Part shown: positions 9,201 through 18,888 of the stretch, in pieces
Layout: each line of letters begins with the position of its first letter
How positions within the stretch are numbered: the first letter of the stretch is position 1
Source: an uncultured Sphingorhabdus sp.
GTDB taxonomy: Bacteria > Pseudomonadota > Alphaproteobacteria > Sphingomonadales > Sphingomonadaceae
Length of the DNA: 64,000 nt
Direction of reading: 5' to 3'
Assembly: GCA_964597055.1 (NCBI GenBank)
Contig: CAZQWC010000008.1
Span: 121,603 to 185,602, forward strand
Made by a program: the position numbers and the translations under genes
The notes under the pieces: generated by a model
The model's database searches: none
What the model was told of the DNA's origin: nothing
Seen by the model: the letters and a program-made list of their open reading frames with translations, nothing else

Positions 9201-10381
9201 GTGTTCAATTTGACGAAAAGGAAAGCCGTTGCGGCGATGATGTAAGAGACGACGGCTCCAGCTTGGAAAAGGTCATAACTGCCAGTCCAGTCATGAATCT
9301 TACCAAACAGAAGTACGCCGCATAGCGTACCCGTCCAGCCCGCAACCTGCACCCAGCCATAGATCGAACCATAGCGATCCAGGCCGAACCGACGGGCGAC
9401 AAAATAAGCAAGCAAGTCGATTTCCGCACCTTGCTGAACCCCAATCGCCGCAACCGCAAACAGGGCCGCGGCGTAATAGTTTTGCGTCTGCCAGAGCATC
9501 ACGCAGCCTATCGCCGGTATCAATGTAAAGAAAAACGCAGTGCGTTGGGGATGCACACGGTCCAGCATCCAGCCGCAGGCGAGCCTTCCAAAAAACTGGC
9601 CGGCGGCAAATGCCGATATTCCTATGGCCGCCTGTGCCGAGGTGAGTCCTTCTTCCAGCATCATCGGTGCCATTTGGCTGAGCATACCAGAGGCAGGCAT
9701 ATTGATTCCGATATAACTGAGGGCAATCAGCCAGAAAGCGGCGCTGCGGTGAAAGGGATCGGGTCCTTCTTCAGCCAGAATTGCGCGATCTGCGTCATTG
9801 GGCTTCCTAGGGGGAGTATCTGAAACCAGAAAAAGAATCGACGGCAGGCCAATCAGCAGCGCCAAAGCCGCGAGCATGAAATAGCCTGTGCGCCATCCTT
9901 CGAGCGTGATGATTCGCTCGAGCACAGGCGGCATGAAAATGGCTGCGAGCGAAAGCCCAGTCGCCGATAGGGCGAGCGCCAAACCGCGCTGCGAAGAAAA
10001 CCAGCCGTTGACAGCTCGCGTATAAGAAATCGAGGTTGTCGCGACACCAATTAAACCGGTCGCAAAAACCATGATCCCGAACAAGGCTGGGATGACGGCT
10101 GCAAAACCCAGGAAAAGATAAAGCAGGGCAATCGCAACCATGCCGGATGCCCAGACCTTGCGGCAACCAAAACGGTCCATTGCCCAGCCGACTAACGGTG
10201 CAGCGAGCGAGCCAATGCCAACCAGTGCTTGCAGTTGCGAAAACTCACCCAACGTCCAACCGGTTTCCTTTTGGAGTTGCGGGATGAACAGGCTGAAGAC
10301 AAAATAGAGCAGGTTGACGCCGGTGGCGGCCGCCAATGCTGCACCCAAAACGGTACGCCAGCCGCGCCGCCATTCCTCCAT
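9182..10381 (-). CDS. MFS transporter (12 TM)
   Basis: GWAMDRFGCR and GWMLDRVH repeats, GQFFGRL. SD GAGG before ATG 10381. 3' end overlaps the phaC 3' end by 19 bp. Confidence 0.88.
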   Translation of the reverse strand: MEEWRRGWRTVLGAALAAATGVNLLYFVFSLFIPQLQKETGWTLGEFSQLQALVGIGSLAAPLVGWAMDRFGCRKVWASGMVAIALLYLFLGFAAVIPALFGIMVFATGLIGVATTSISYTRAVNGWFSSQRGLALALSATGLSLAAIFMPPVLERIITLEGWRTGYFMLAALALLIGLPSILFLVSDTPPRKPNDADRAILAEEGPDPFHRSAAFWLIALSYIGINMPASGMLSQMAPMMLEEGLTSAQAAIGISAFAAGQFFGRLACGWMLDRVHPQRTAFFFTLIPAIGCVMLWQTQNYYAAALFAVAAIGVQQGAEIDLLAYFVARRFGLDRYGSIYGWVQVAGWTGTLCGVLLFGKIHDWTGSYDLFQAGAVVSYIIAATAFLFVKLNTQRVLT

Positions 10382-10443
10382 TATTGTCCTCTCCAAAGAC
10401 AAAAACCTCGATCACATCATGTTGGTAAAATACATGCAGGTCA

Positions 10444-10464
10444 ATTGACGTTTACGTAAACGTC
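10444..10464. promoter_or_regulatory. LiuR-like operator containing a perfect 18-bp palindrome
   Basis: GACGTTTACGTAAACGTC (10447-10464). ATTGACGTTTACGTAAAC matches the recalled LiuR box at 16/18. Confidence 0.75.
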
Positions 10465-10554
10465 CGGTAATCCAAAAAGCAGTCGGAAACGGTGCGAGTC
10501 GGCTCGCCATGCGAGATCGTGCGCGCTACACTGCCGCAACTGAGGAGAGCTGAC

Positions 10555-11748
10555 ATGGATATGGAATTCACCGCCGAAGACCTCGCTTTCCGTGACGAGG
10601 TCCGGGCATTTATCGCCGAAAATTACCCGCAGGAACTGCGCGGAAAGCAGGATGAAGGGGACGAACTGGGCAAAGAGGATTTCCTCGCCTGGCACCGCAT
10701 TTTGCACAAAAAGGGCTGGGTCGCCCCCGCATGGCCGGTTGAATATGGCGGCACGGGCTGGAGCCCCACCCAGCGCTATATCTGGTCGGAAGAAACCGCC
10801 CGCGCCGATTGCATCCGCCTGATGCCCTTCGGCCTGTCGATGGTCGGCCCGGTCATTTACACCTTTGGCACACCCGAACAGAAAGCCAAATTCCTTCCCC
10901 GCATCCTTTCGGGTGAGGATTGGTGGTGCCAGGGCTATTCGGAACCTGGCTCGGGCTCGGACCTTGCCTCGCTGCGCACCAAAGCCGTGCGCGATGGCGA
11001 ACATTATGTCGTCAACGGCCAGAAAACCTGGACGACGATGGCACAGCATGCCGATTGGGGTTTCTTCCTTGTCCGCACCGATTCCGATGCGAAGCAGCAG
11101 GAGGGCATTAGCTTCCTCCTTGTAGACATGAAAACGCCTGGCATCACCGTGCGCCCGATCATCACCTTGGGCGGCGAGCATGAAGTGAACGAAGTCTGGC
11201 TTGAGGACGTCCGCGTTCCGGTTGAAAACCGCGTTTACGAGGAGAATAAAGGCTGGACCTGCGCCAAGTTCCTGCTTGCCCACGAACGTACGGGCATTGC
11301 CGGCGTCGCGGCCTCAAAGCGCGGTATCGAGCGCATCAAGGATATCGCCCGTTCCGAACAGGATGGCGATCGTCCGCTGCTCGCCAACCCCTTCTTCAAG
11401 CGCAAGGTGGCCGAGCTGCAGACCGACCTGACTGCACTCGAATTCACCGAGCTGCGTAGCCTGGCGGGTGAAGCGGCAGGGCGTGGCCCCGGACCGGAAT
11501 CGAGCCTGCTCAAGATCAAGGGCTCGGAAATCCAGCAGCGCATTACTGAACTAGCATTGGAAGCGGTCGGCCATTATGGCGCGCCTTACTTCCGTGGCTT
11601 TGGCGAGGGCGACAACGAGCATCCGATCGGCCCGGACTATGCGCACCGCACCGCGCCGAGCTATTTCAACATGCGCAAGACCACCATTTATGGCGGATCC
11701 AACGAGATCCAGCATAACATCATCGCCAAGATGGTTCTGGGTCTTTGA
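10555..11748 (+). CDS. Acyl-CoA dehydrogenase, large subunit of a PimC/PimD-type pair
   Basis: WCQGYSEPGSGSDLASL, NGQKTWTT and TIYGGSNEIQ motifs; SD GAGGAG. Confidence 0.92.
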   Translation: MDMEFTAEDLAFRDEVRAFIAENYPQELRGKQDEGDELGKEDFLAWHRILHKKGWVAPAWPVEYGGTGWSPTQRYIWSEETARADCIRLMPFGLSMVGPVIYTFGTPEQKAKFLPRILSGEDWWCQGYSEPGSGSDLASLRTKAVRDGEHYVVNGQKTWTTMAQHADWGFFLVRTDSDAKQQEGISFLLVDMKTPGITVRPIITLGGEHEVNEVWLEDVRVPVENRVYEENKGWTCAKFLLAHERTGIAGVAASKRGIERIKDIARSEQDGDRPLLANPFFKRKVAELQTDLTALEFTELRSLAGEAAGRGPGPESSLLKIKGSEIQQRITELALEAVGHYGAPYFRGFGEGDNEHPIGPDYAHRTAPSYFNMRKTTIYGGSNEIQHNIIAKMVLGL

Positions 11749-11762
11749 GAGGATAAGCAAAA

Positions 11763-12899
11763 ATGGATTTTACCTACAACGAAACCCAGGGGATGATCCG
11801 CGACACGCTCGCGCGTTTTCTGGCCGACACTTATGATTTCGATACTCGCCAGAAAATGATTGCGACCGATGTGGGCCGTGATCCGGGCATTTGGAATGCA
11901 TTGGCCAATGATTTGGGCCTGCTGGGCGCTGCCTTTGACGAAGAGCATGGCGGCCTTGGTGGCGGAGCATTGGAAAATGCTTTGCTGATGGAAGAATTCG
12001 GCAAGGTTATCGCGATTGAGCCTTACCTTCAGACTGTCGTCATCGGCGGCGGCGCGCTGAAGGCAGTCGGCGGCGCACAGGCGGCGGCGCATATTCCGGG
12101 CATCATCTCTGGCGAAACCATCGTCGCCTTCGCCTATGCCGAACCGCAGGGTCGTTATGACCTCGCAAATATCCGCACGACGGCCAAGGCCGACGGCAGC
12201 GGTTATATCCTCAACGGTCACAAAGGCGTTGTGTACTGCGCGCCATGGGCAACGCATCTGCTGGTCACCGCCCGCACCGGCGGATCAACCCGCGAACGCA
12301 ACGGTGTCGAACTGTTTTTGATCGAAGCCAACCTGCCCGGCATCACGCGCCGCGATTATCCGACCGTCGACGGCAATCGCGCTTCGGAAGTCTATTTCGA
12401 AAATGTTGCGATCCCCGGCGATGCCTTGCTCGCTGGCGGGATGGATCTGATCGACCATGTGGTCGACGAAGCAACCGTCGCAGTCTGTGCAGAAGCCACC
12501 GGCGTGATGGCAAAGCTGCACGAAGGCACGCTCGACTATTCGAAACAGCGTCAGCAGTTTGGCCAGCCCATTGCTCGCTTCCAGGTGCTGCAGCACCGCA
12601 TGGTCGACATGTTCATGGAGGTCGAGCAGGCCAAGTCGATGACGACCTATGCCACGCTGCACCTCGACAAGCCCGCGCACGAGCGCATGGCCGCCGTATC
12701 GCAGTGCAAAGCCAAGGTTTCGCGCGGTGCCAAATTTGTCGGCCAGAACGCGATTCAGACGCATGGCGGCATCGGCATCACGCAAGAACTGGCGATCGGT
12801 CACTACTTCAAGCGCGCGACGCTCATCGAAGGCCAATTCGGTTCTGCCGATTATCACTATGACCGGTTTGAACGGCTCGTTATCGACGAAGCCGCATAA
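11763..12899 (+). CDS. Acyl-CoA dehydrogenase, small (PimD-type) subunit
   Basis: AYAEPQGRY, RQQFGQPIARFQVLQHR and IQTHGGIG motifs; follows its partner directly. Confidence 0.9.
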   Translation: MDFTYNETQGMIRDTLARFLADTYDFDTRQKMIATDVGRDPGIWNALANDLGLLGAAFDEEHGGLGGGALENALLMEEFGKVIAIEPYLQTVVIGGGALKAVGGAQAAAHIPGIISGETIVAFAYAEPQGRYDLANIRTTAKADGSGYILNGHKGVVYCAPWATHLLVTARTGGSTRERNGVELFLIEANLPGITRRDYPTVDGNRASEVYFENVAIPGDALLAGGMDLIDHVVDEATVAVCAEATGVMAKLHEGTLDYSKQRQQFGQPIARFQVLQHRMVDMFMEVEQAKSMTTYATLHLDKPAHERMAAVSQCKAKVSRGAKFVGQNAIQTHGGIGITQELAIGHYFKRATLIEGQFGSADYHYDRFERLVIDEAA

Positions 12900-12916
12900 A
12901 GTACGCATCGCCTGAA

Positions 12917-12949
12917 CTGTCCCCGGGACCATCCCCGGGGACAGCTTTT
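12917..12949 (+). terminator. Rho-independent terminator
   Basis: CTGTCCCCGGG-loop-CCCGGGGACAG followed by CTTTT. Confidence 0.7.
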
Positions 12950-12983
12950 CCCACAATCCGCTGTAAAAGGCGGATTTTATTTT

Positions 12984-13045
12984 TTGTGCACTGCACAATT
13001 TTCATTGACTCCCACCCCCTGAATCATTATTGTGCACTGCAACAA
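12984..13045 (+). promoter_or_regulatory. Two PhaR-like operators upstream of phasin
   Basis: TTGTGCA-C-TGCACAA perfect inverted repeat (12984-12998) and TTGTGCACTGCAACAA (13030-13045). Confidence 0.75.
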
Positions 13046-13065
13046 AACAGAAATGGTGCATGAAA

Positions 13066-13689
13066 ATGGCAAGCAAGGCTGAAACGACCGCAACTAAAGC
13101 CCGCAAGACTGCGGCGCCCAAGGCTGCACCCGCAAAGCCGGTTGTCACTGCAACCGAAGCAACGCCTGCAAAGGCAGAGCAGCTGGTGACGAGCATTGTC
13201 TCTGTGGATGACAAACCCCTCTCTGAAGGAGTCAAGAAAATGACTGACACCGTAGAAAAGACCGCCAAGGAAGCACAGGCCAAGGCTGCAGACTTTTTCG
13301 CCGACGTTCGCGAAAAGGCAACCGAAGCTGCTGAAAAGGGCAAGAAGTTTGCTGCTGAAGCAACCGAGTTCAACAAGGCCAACCTCGAAGCACTGGTTGA
13401 AGCCGGCAAGATCGTCGCCAAGGGCGCTCAGGATCTGGGCAAGACCAACCTCGAATATGCCAAGAAGAACTTCGAAGAAGCTCAGGCAGCCGTCAAGGAA
13501 GTCACTGGCGTGAAGAACCCGACCGACTTCGTGAAGCTGCAGGGCGAATGGATGCGCAAGGGCTTTGACACTGCGGTTGCGCAGGGTTCGAAGAACACCG
13601 AAGCGCTCGTGAAGCTTGCAAACGACATGTTCCAGCCGATCTCGAACCGTTTCGCGGTCGCTGCCGACTTTTTCAAGAAGGCTGCATAA
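13066..13689 (+). CDS. phaP: Phasin (PHA granule protein) with Ala/Lys/Pro-rich N-terminal extension; alternative start at 13240
   Basis: Ala/Lys/Glu-rich helical phasin core (FNKANLEALVEAGK...KNPTDFVKLQ), PhaR-like boxes and PHA gene context. Confidence 0.88.
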   Translation: MASKAETTATKARKTAAPKAAPAKPVVTATEATPAKAEQLVTSIVSVDDKPLSEGVKKMTDTVEKTAKEAQAKAADFFADVREKATEAAEKGKKFAAEATEFNKANLEALVEAGKIVAKGAQDLGKTNLEYAKKNFEEAQAAVKEVTGVKNPTDFVKLQGEWMRKGFDTAVAQGSKNTEALVKLANDMFQPISNRFAVAADFFKKAA

Positions 13690-13705
13690 GCCCTCCTGAA
13701 AGATT

Positions 13706-13778
13706 GCGCCGGGGCGTTAGAGCACCTGCCCCCTCTCTCCTCTCCTCCCTGGAGGCAGGAAACCACACAAACCGGCGC
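13706..13778 (+). ncRNA. Structured phasin 3'-UTR with a C-rich (anti-SD-like) loop
   Basis: Outer stem GCGCCGG/CCGGCGC, inner stem CCTGCC/GGCAGG, loop containing TCTCCTCTCCTCCC. Confidence 0.4.
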
Positions 13779-13784
13779 ATTTTG

Positions 13785-13825
13785 AAAGAGCCGTCCTTCC
13801 CAATCGGAAGGGCGGCTTTTTCTTT
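13785..13825 (+). terminator. Rho-independent terminator after phasin
   Basis: AGCCGTCCTTCC-CAATC-GGAAGGGCGGCT followed by TTTTCTTT. Confidence 0.85.
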
Positions 13826-13835
13826 GCTCATCTCG

Positions 13836-13974
13836 ATCCTCCCCATCGACTTGCGATGGGGAGGGGGACCGTTCGGCGCGCAGCGGCGAATGGTGGAGGG
13901 GACTGCAACGGTGCAATTCCCCTCCGTCATCGCTTCGCGATGCCACCTCCCCATCGCTAGTCGATGGGGAGGAT
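13836..13974. repeat. 139-bp MITE/RIME-like palindromic element
   Basis: Perfect 15-bp terminal inverted repeats ATCCTCCCCATCGAC/GTCGATGGGGAGGAT plus four internal hairpins. Confidence 0.8.
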
Positions 13975-14031
13975 AACATTTACCATTAACAGCACTTGCG
14001 GAACGCCCCCACCTTACCCTATTTTCGGGAC

Positions 14032-14397
14032 ATGGCTTTGGACCGGAATTCAAATATGCGCGTTACAGCGGGACCAGATGGCGATCGGGACGATACACGC
14101 GGCCCGGGCGTCGGGCTTGCCACGCGTACGCGGCCCAAAACCAAGAAGCCCAGCCAGTATAAAGTGCTGCTGCTCAACGACGACTACACGCCGATGGAAT
14201 TCGTTGTCCATGTCCTGAAAGCTTTCTTTCAGATGGATACTGAGCAAGCGACGCGTGTCATGCTGCATGTTCATCAAAAGGGCGTCGGCGTTTGCGGTAT
14301 CTTTACCTATGAGGTTGCCGAAACCAAGGTGAATCAGGTGATGGACTTCGCCAAAAAGCACCAGCACCCACTGCAATGCACGCTCGAAAAAGCCTGA
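14032..14397 (+). CDS. clpS: ATP-dependent Clp protease adaptor ClpS
   Basis: [17 protein letters not shown]...[10 protein letters not shown]...AETKV...HPLQCTLE. Start uncertain (14032 or 14057). Confidence 0.95.
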   Translation: MALDRNSNMRVTAGPDGDRDDTRGPGVGLATRTRPKTKKPSQYKVLLLNDDYTPMEFVVHVLKAFFQMDTEQATRVMLHVHQKGVGVCGIFTYEVAETKVNQVMDFAKKHQHPLQCTLEKA

Positions 14398-14400
14398 TTG

Positions 14401-16092
14401 CTATTTCGGCGAACTGTCTGCCAAACCGCCAAACACAGTCTTTCCGTCCTTGATCGTCGCAACAACGCGCAGCTTGTAAAGATCTGCTGGGTCGGCGGTC
14501 AGTGGATTGCCATCTAGCAAGACAAGGTCGGCGCGCTTGCCGGGCTCAATGCTGCCCTTGTCCTTATCCTCGCCAATTTGCCATGCAGCGTTGATTGTTA
14601 CCTGCTGCAATGCGCGATAGACCGGAATACGTTCCAATGGCCCCAAAATGTCGCCTGTCTGCGTGCGGCGGTTCACTGACGACCAGACCAACCGCATGAT
14701 ATCAGGGGGAACGACCGGCGAATCGTTATGCGCAGTCGGGCGCAAGCCCAGCGACCAGGCGGTTGCCTGCGGCGAGATGAAGTCGGCGCGCTTTGGCCCC
14801 AATGCCATATCGCGGTGCCAGTCCCCCCAATAGTAAGTGTGGTTGGCAAAAAAGCTCGGCTGGATGTCGAGCGTCTTCATCTCCTCAAGCTGGCCGCGCT
14901 GGACGACCTGGCTGTGGATCGCGATCGTCCGTTTGCCGGAAAGCCCGTTGGCGCGGACGCCATCGATCAAGGCCTGCGCGGCAGCATCCCCGTTCACATG
15001 GGCAAAGACCTGCCAGCCATTTTTTGCCGCATCGGAGAGTTTTTCATTAAACTGCTTCAGATCGATCGCCGGATATCCGGCATAGCCTTCCTTCTGCCCG
15101 TCTGGCGGGACAGGAACCGGGTCCTTCAGCCACGCCGTCCGGCCCTGCGGCGAACCGTCGAGGGTAAGCTTGATGCCGGCGATACGGAGATTGCCGCTAT
15201 AGCTCTTTCCTATGCGTCCTCTAACTTCTTCCGGCCAATTACGTTCGAAAGACACTAAGGTGACGATATCAATTGGGAACAAACCGCGCTTGGCGGCTTC
15301 ATCAAGTGCAGCCCAGTTTTCGGGCATTACACGCCCATCCTGCCCGGTTGTAATGCCATTTGCGGCGTAAATCTTCGCCCCGGCCACCAGCGGAGCAATT
15401 GCGGCATCAATGCTGGCGGGGGTGAGGATCTTGATTATGGGATACATGGCCGTTTCTTCGACCACGCCATTTGGCGTCTTTCCGTCTGCCTCCCGCCGGA
15501 TTACGCCACCTTGCGGATCGGGTGTGTCGGGCCCGTAGCCGACAAGCTTAAGCATGGCAGAATTCATTGACGCGAAATGGCCGCTCACATGGATGATCAG
15601 GATCGGGATGTCAGTCGACACCATATCGAGATCGGCCCGTGTCGGGTGACGTCGCTCGGTTAGTTGAGAATCGTCATAGCCATTGCCAATCAGCAACGGC
15701 ATACCATCGGGACGCTTATAATTACGCAGCGCGTCCAGCAACTCTGCCATATTGGTCACCCGTGCAACCGGCGGGGGTTGCAATTGGGCCATCGCAGCGT
15801 TTTGACCGACATATCCCATATGCCCGTGCGCATCGATAAACCCGGGGAGCAAAGTCCTCCCTTTTAGGTCAACCATCTCAACCTTACCGCGAGCGACCTT
15901 TTTCACTTCCGCCAGTTTTCCGGTGGCCGCAATACGACCCTCGCGTAACAGAACCGCCTCGACAGACGCCGCCTCATCGCCCGCCATGGTGATGATCGGT
16001 CCACCTGTCAGGATTGTGTCAGGCGCCTTGGGCGGCGTCGCGGCGAGCAACAGCGGCGCAAGCAGTAACAGGTGATGGCGGCGCATTTTCAT
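14401..16092 (-). CDS. Secreted amidohydrolase-3 (YtcJ-like) metal-dependent hydrolase
   Basis: Signal peptide, LPGFIDAHGH, HVNGDAA and GSIEPGKRADLVLL motifs; SD GGGAGG. Confidence 0.88.
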   Translation of the reverse strand: MKMRRHHLLLLAPLLLAATPPKAPDTILTGGPIITMAGDEAASVEAVLLREGRIAATGKLAEVKKVARGKVEMVDLKGRTLLPGFIDAHGHMGYVGQNAAMAQLQPPPVARVTNMAELLDALRNYKRPDGMPLLIGNGYDDSQLTERRHPTRADLDMVSTDIPILIIHVSGHFASMNSAMLKLVGYGPDTPDPQGGVIRREADGKTPNGVVEETAMYPIIKILTPASIDAAIAPLVAGAKIYAANGITTGQDGRVMPENWAALDEAAKRGLFPIDIVTLVSFERNWPEEVRGRIGKSYSGNLRIAGIKLTLDGSPQGRTAWLKDPVPVPPDGQKEGYAGYPAIDLKQFNEKLSDAAKNGWQVFAHVNGDAAAQALIDGVRANGLSGKRTIAIHSQVVQRGQLEEMKTLDIQPSFFANHTYYWGDWHRDMALGPKRADFISPQATAWSLGLRPTAHNDSPVVPPDIMRLVWSSVNRRTQTGDILGPLERIPVYRALQQVTINAAWQIGEDKDKGSIEPGKRADLVLLDGNPLTADPADLYKLRVVATIKDGKTVFGGLADSSPK

Positions 16093-16178
16093 TGTCCCCT
16101 CCCAAGGAATATTTGTGCCTGTATCGATTGCAAATTCGCAACTGGCAAGCAATCCTGCGATGACGAGGAGAATCATCA

Positions 16179-16904
16179 ATGGCCGCAGCATTGATTATCG
16201 GGGCAGGTGACGCGACGGGCGGTGCCATCGCCAAGGCCTTTGCCACAGAAGGCTACACAGCCTGCGTCAACCGCCGCCCGCGACATTCCGATAAGCTGGA
16301 GGAGCTGGCGCAATCGATACGCGACGCCGGACATAAGGCTCAGGCCTATCCGGCGGATGCGCGCGACGAGGATGCGATGGTAGCATTGGTCGAGACTATC
16401 GAACGCGATGTCGGGCCTATCGAAGTCGCGGTCTTCAACATAGGGGCCAATGTCCGCTTCGGTATCACCGAGACGACGGCTCAGGTTTATCGAAAGGTCT
16501 GGGAGATGGCGACTTTTGCCGGCTTCCTGATGGGGCGTGAGGTTGCACGGCATATGGTGCAGCGGCAGCGCGGCACGATTATCTTTACCGGTGCAACTGC
16601 CTCAATCCGCGGCGGCGCAGGCTATTCGGCATTTTCAGGAGCCAAGGCCGCGCTGCGTATGCTGGCACAATCTATGGCGCGCGAGTTGGGGCCGCAGAAT
16701 ATCCATGTAGCGCACAGCATCATCGACGGCGGTATCGACACCGAATTTATACGCGGCATCCGTCCTGATTTCGACGACGCCAAGGCAAATGAACTGGTGC
16801 TGTCGCCAGAGGCCATTGCTGCGCAATATGTTGCACTGCATAAGCAGCATCGCAGCGCGTGGACCCACGAGCTGGACCTGCGCCCTTGGGGAGAAACATG
16901 GTGA
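16179..16904 (+). CDS. SDR family oxidoreductase
   Basis: IGAGDATGGAIA, FTGATAS and AFSGAKAALR motifs. Confidence 0.9.
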   Translation: MAAALIIGAGDATGGAIAKAFATEGYTACVNRRPRHSDKLEELAQSIRDAGHKAQAYPADARDEDAMVALVETIERDVGPIEVAVFNIGANVRFGITETTAQVYRKVWEMATFAGFLMGREVARHMVQRQRGTIIFTGATASIRGGAGYSAFSGAKAALRMLAQSMARELGPQNIHVAHSIIDGGIDTEFIRGIRPDFDDAKANELVLSPEAIAAQYVALHKQHRSAWTHELDLRPWGETW

Positions 16905-17503
16905 GCAAAAGCTTTGAATTCCTGTTTGATTTCGGCGGCCCCAACAGCTTCCTTGCCCACAAAGTTCTACCAGATCTGTGCAAGGAAACAGGCGCAACGG
17001 CCACCTATGTGCCTATCCTGCTGGGCGGACTTTTCAAAATCACCAACAATCAAGCGCCTATGATGCGCTATGCCGAAACGCCGGCAAAGCGCGACTATGA
17101 AATGCTTGAGTTCAACCGTTTCGTAAAGGCGCATAACCTTCCATTCAAAATGAACCCCAATTTCCCCATCAACTCGCTGCACCTGATGCGCGGTGCAGTT
17201 GCTGCGCAGCATTTGGGCTGCTTCATGCCCTATGTCGAAGCGATCATGGCGGCGATGTGGGAGGATGGTGCGAATATGGGCGATCCGGCGGTTGTCAAAG
17301 ATGTACTCGATGCAGCCGGGCTGGATGGAGCAGCTCTGCTTGCCAAAGCCGAGGACGCGGAGGTGAAGGCTGAACTTGTTACAAACACCGAAAAGGCCGC
17401 TGCACGCGGTGCATTTGGCGTGCCCACTTTCTTCGTCGGCAATGAAATGTTCTGGGGCAAAGAGCGACTGGGCCAGGTAGCGGAAGCGCTGCGCAAAGGA
17501 TGA
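16898..17503 (+). CDS. 2-hydroxychromene-2-carboxylate isomerase / GST-kappa family protein
   Basis: FLFDFGGPNSFL, PILLGG and GAFGVPTFFVGNEMFWGKERL motifs; overlaps the SDR stop. Confidence 0.88.
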   Translation: MVSKSFEFLFDFGGPNSFLAHKVLPDLCKETGATATYVPILLGGLFKITNNQAPMMRYAETPAKRDYEMLEFNRFVKAHNLPFKMNPNFPINSLHLMRGAVAAQHLGCFMPYVEAIMAAMWEDGANMGDPAVVKDVLDAAGLDGAALLAKAEDAEVKAELVTNTEKAAARGAFGVPTFFVGNEMFWGKERLGQVAEALRKG

Positions 17504-17539
17504 GCTTGCACGCGGCGCGCATCGCGCTAAACCGCTGCG

Positions 17540-18823
17540 ATGGACAAAATAATCATTCGCGGTGGCAATAAGCTCAAAGGCAAAATTCCAATTTCGGGAG
17601 CGAAAAACAGCGCGTTGACGCTGCTGCCTTGCGCGCTTCTCACTGACGAGCCGCTTACACTTCGAAACTTGCCGCGCTTGGCCGATATTGACGGCTTCCA
17701 GCACCTGATGAACCAGTTCGGCATTTCGACGACGATTGCCGGTTCGCGTCCCGAGGATTTTGGCCGGGTGATGACGCTGGAGGCAACGCGCATCACTTCG
17801 TCGGTTGCACCCTATGAACTGGTCCGCAAGATGCGTGCCTCGATACTCGTGCTTGGCCCGATGCTCGCTCGTATGGGTGAAGCGACCGTGTCGCTGCCCG
17901 GTGGCTGCGCAATCGGCAACCGCCCGATTGACCTCCATTTGAAGGCGCTCGAAGCCTTTGGTGCAGAGATTGAGTTGGCCTCAGGGTACGTCAAGGCAAC
18001 CGCGCCCAAGGGAGGGCTACCAGGGGGCAGTTATACCTTCCCCGTGGTTTCGGTTGGCGCGACTGAAAATGCTTTGATGGCAGCCGTGCTCGCCAAGGGC
18101 ACGTGCGTGCTGCACAATGCCGCTCGCGAACCCGAAATCGTTGATCTTTGTAATTTGCTCGTCGCCATGGGCGCTGAAATCGAAGGCATTGGTAGCTCTG
18201 ACCTTACCATCCACGGCAAGGATAGGCTGCACGGTGCCACCTACAGGGTGATGGGGGATCGTATCGAGGCGGGCAGCTATGCTTGCGCGGTTGCCACAAC
18301 CGGCGGCGAAGTTGAACTTATCGGTGCCAATGAAAGCGAAATGCAGGCAACTGTCGATGCGCTGCGGGCATGCGGCGTTACCGTTGAATCGATCAAGGGT
18401 GGCTTACGTGTGGCCGCAGAAGGTCGCCTGAAACCGCTGACCATCTCAACCGCCCCCTATCCCGGCTTTGCCACCGATATGCAGGCACAGTTCATGGCGA
18501 TGCTATGCATGGCCGATGGTGCCAGCGTGCTGACCGAAACCATCTTCGAAAACCGCTATATGCATGTCCCCGAGCTGAACCGCATGGGTGCGCATATCGA
18601 AACCAAGGGGCGCACCGCCATCGTGCACGGCGTGCCCAAGCTGACCGGTGCACCGGTGATGGCCACCGACTTGCGCGCCTCGATGAGCCTTATCATCGCA
18701 GGCTTGGTCGCCGAAGGACAGACTGAGGTCAGCCGCATCTACCACCTCGATCGCGGTTATGAACGGTTGGAGGAAAAACTGAGCCTCGTTGGAGCGGACA
18801 TTGAACGGGTCGGGGCGGACTAA
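17540..18823 (+). CDS. murA: UDP-N-acetylglucosamine 1-carboxyvinyltransferase
   Basis: [35 protein letters not shown] and HLDRGYE motifs. Confidence 0.98.
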   Translation: MDKIIIRGGNKLKGKIPISGAKNSALTLLPCALLTDEPLTLRNLPRLADIDGFQHLMNQFGISTTIAGSRPEDFGRVMTLEATRITSSVAPYELVRKMRASILVLGPMLARMGEATVSLPGGCAIGNRPIDLHLKALEAFGAEIELASGYVKATAPKGGLPGGSYTFPVVSVGATENALMAAVLAKGTCVLHNAAREPEIVDLCNLLVAMGAEIEGIGSSDLTIHGKDRLHGATYRVMGDRIEAGSYACAVATTGGEVELIGANESEMQATVDALRACGVTVESIKGGLRVAAEGRLKPLTISTAPYPGFATDMQAQFMAMLCMADGASVLTETIFENRYMHVPELNRMGAHIETKGRTAIVHGVPKLTGAPVMATDLRASMSLIIAGLVAEGQTEVSRIYHLDRGYERLEEKLSLVGADIERVGAD

Positions 18824-18888
18824 AGGATTTTGCAGCCACTTGATAAGCATGTGAACTTCGGGCAATTTACCTGCAGAGGGATTGTTCG

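Noticed and set aside
16834-16853. PhaR-like TGTTGCACTGCATAA
   Set aside because: Inside the SDR coding sequence and mismatched to the consensus; probably coincidental.
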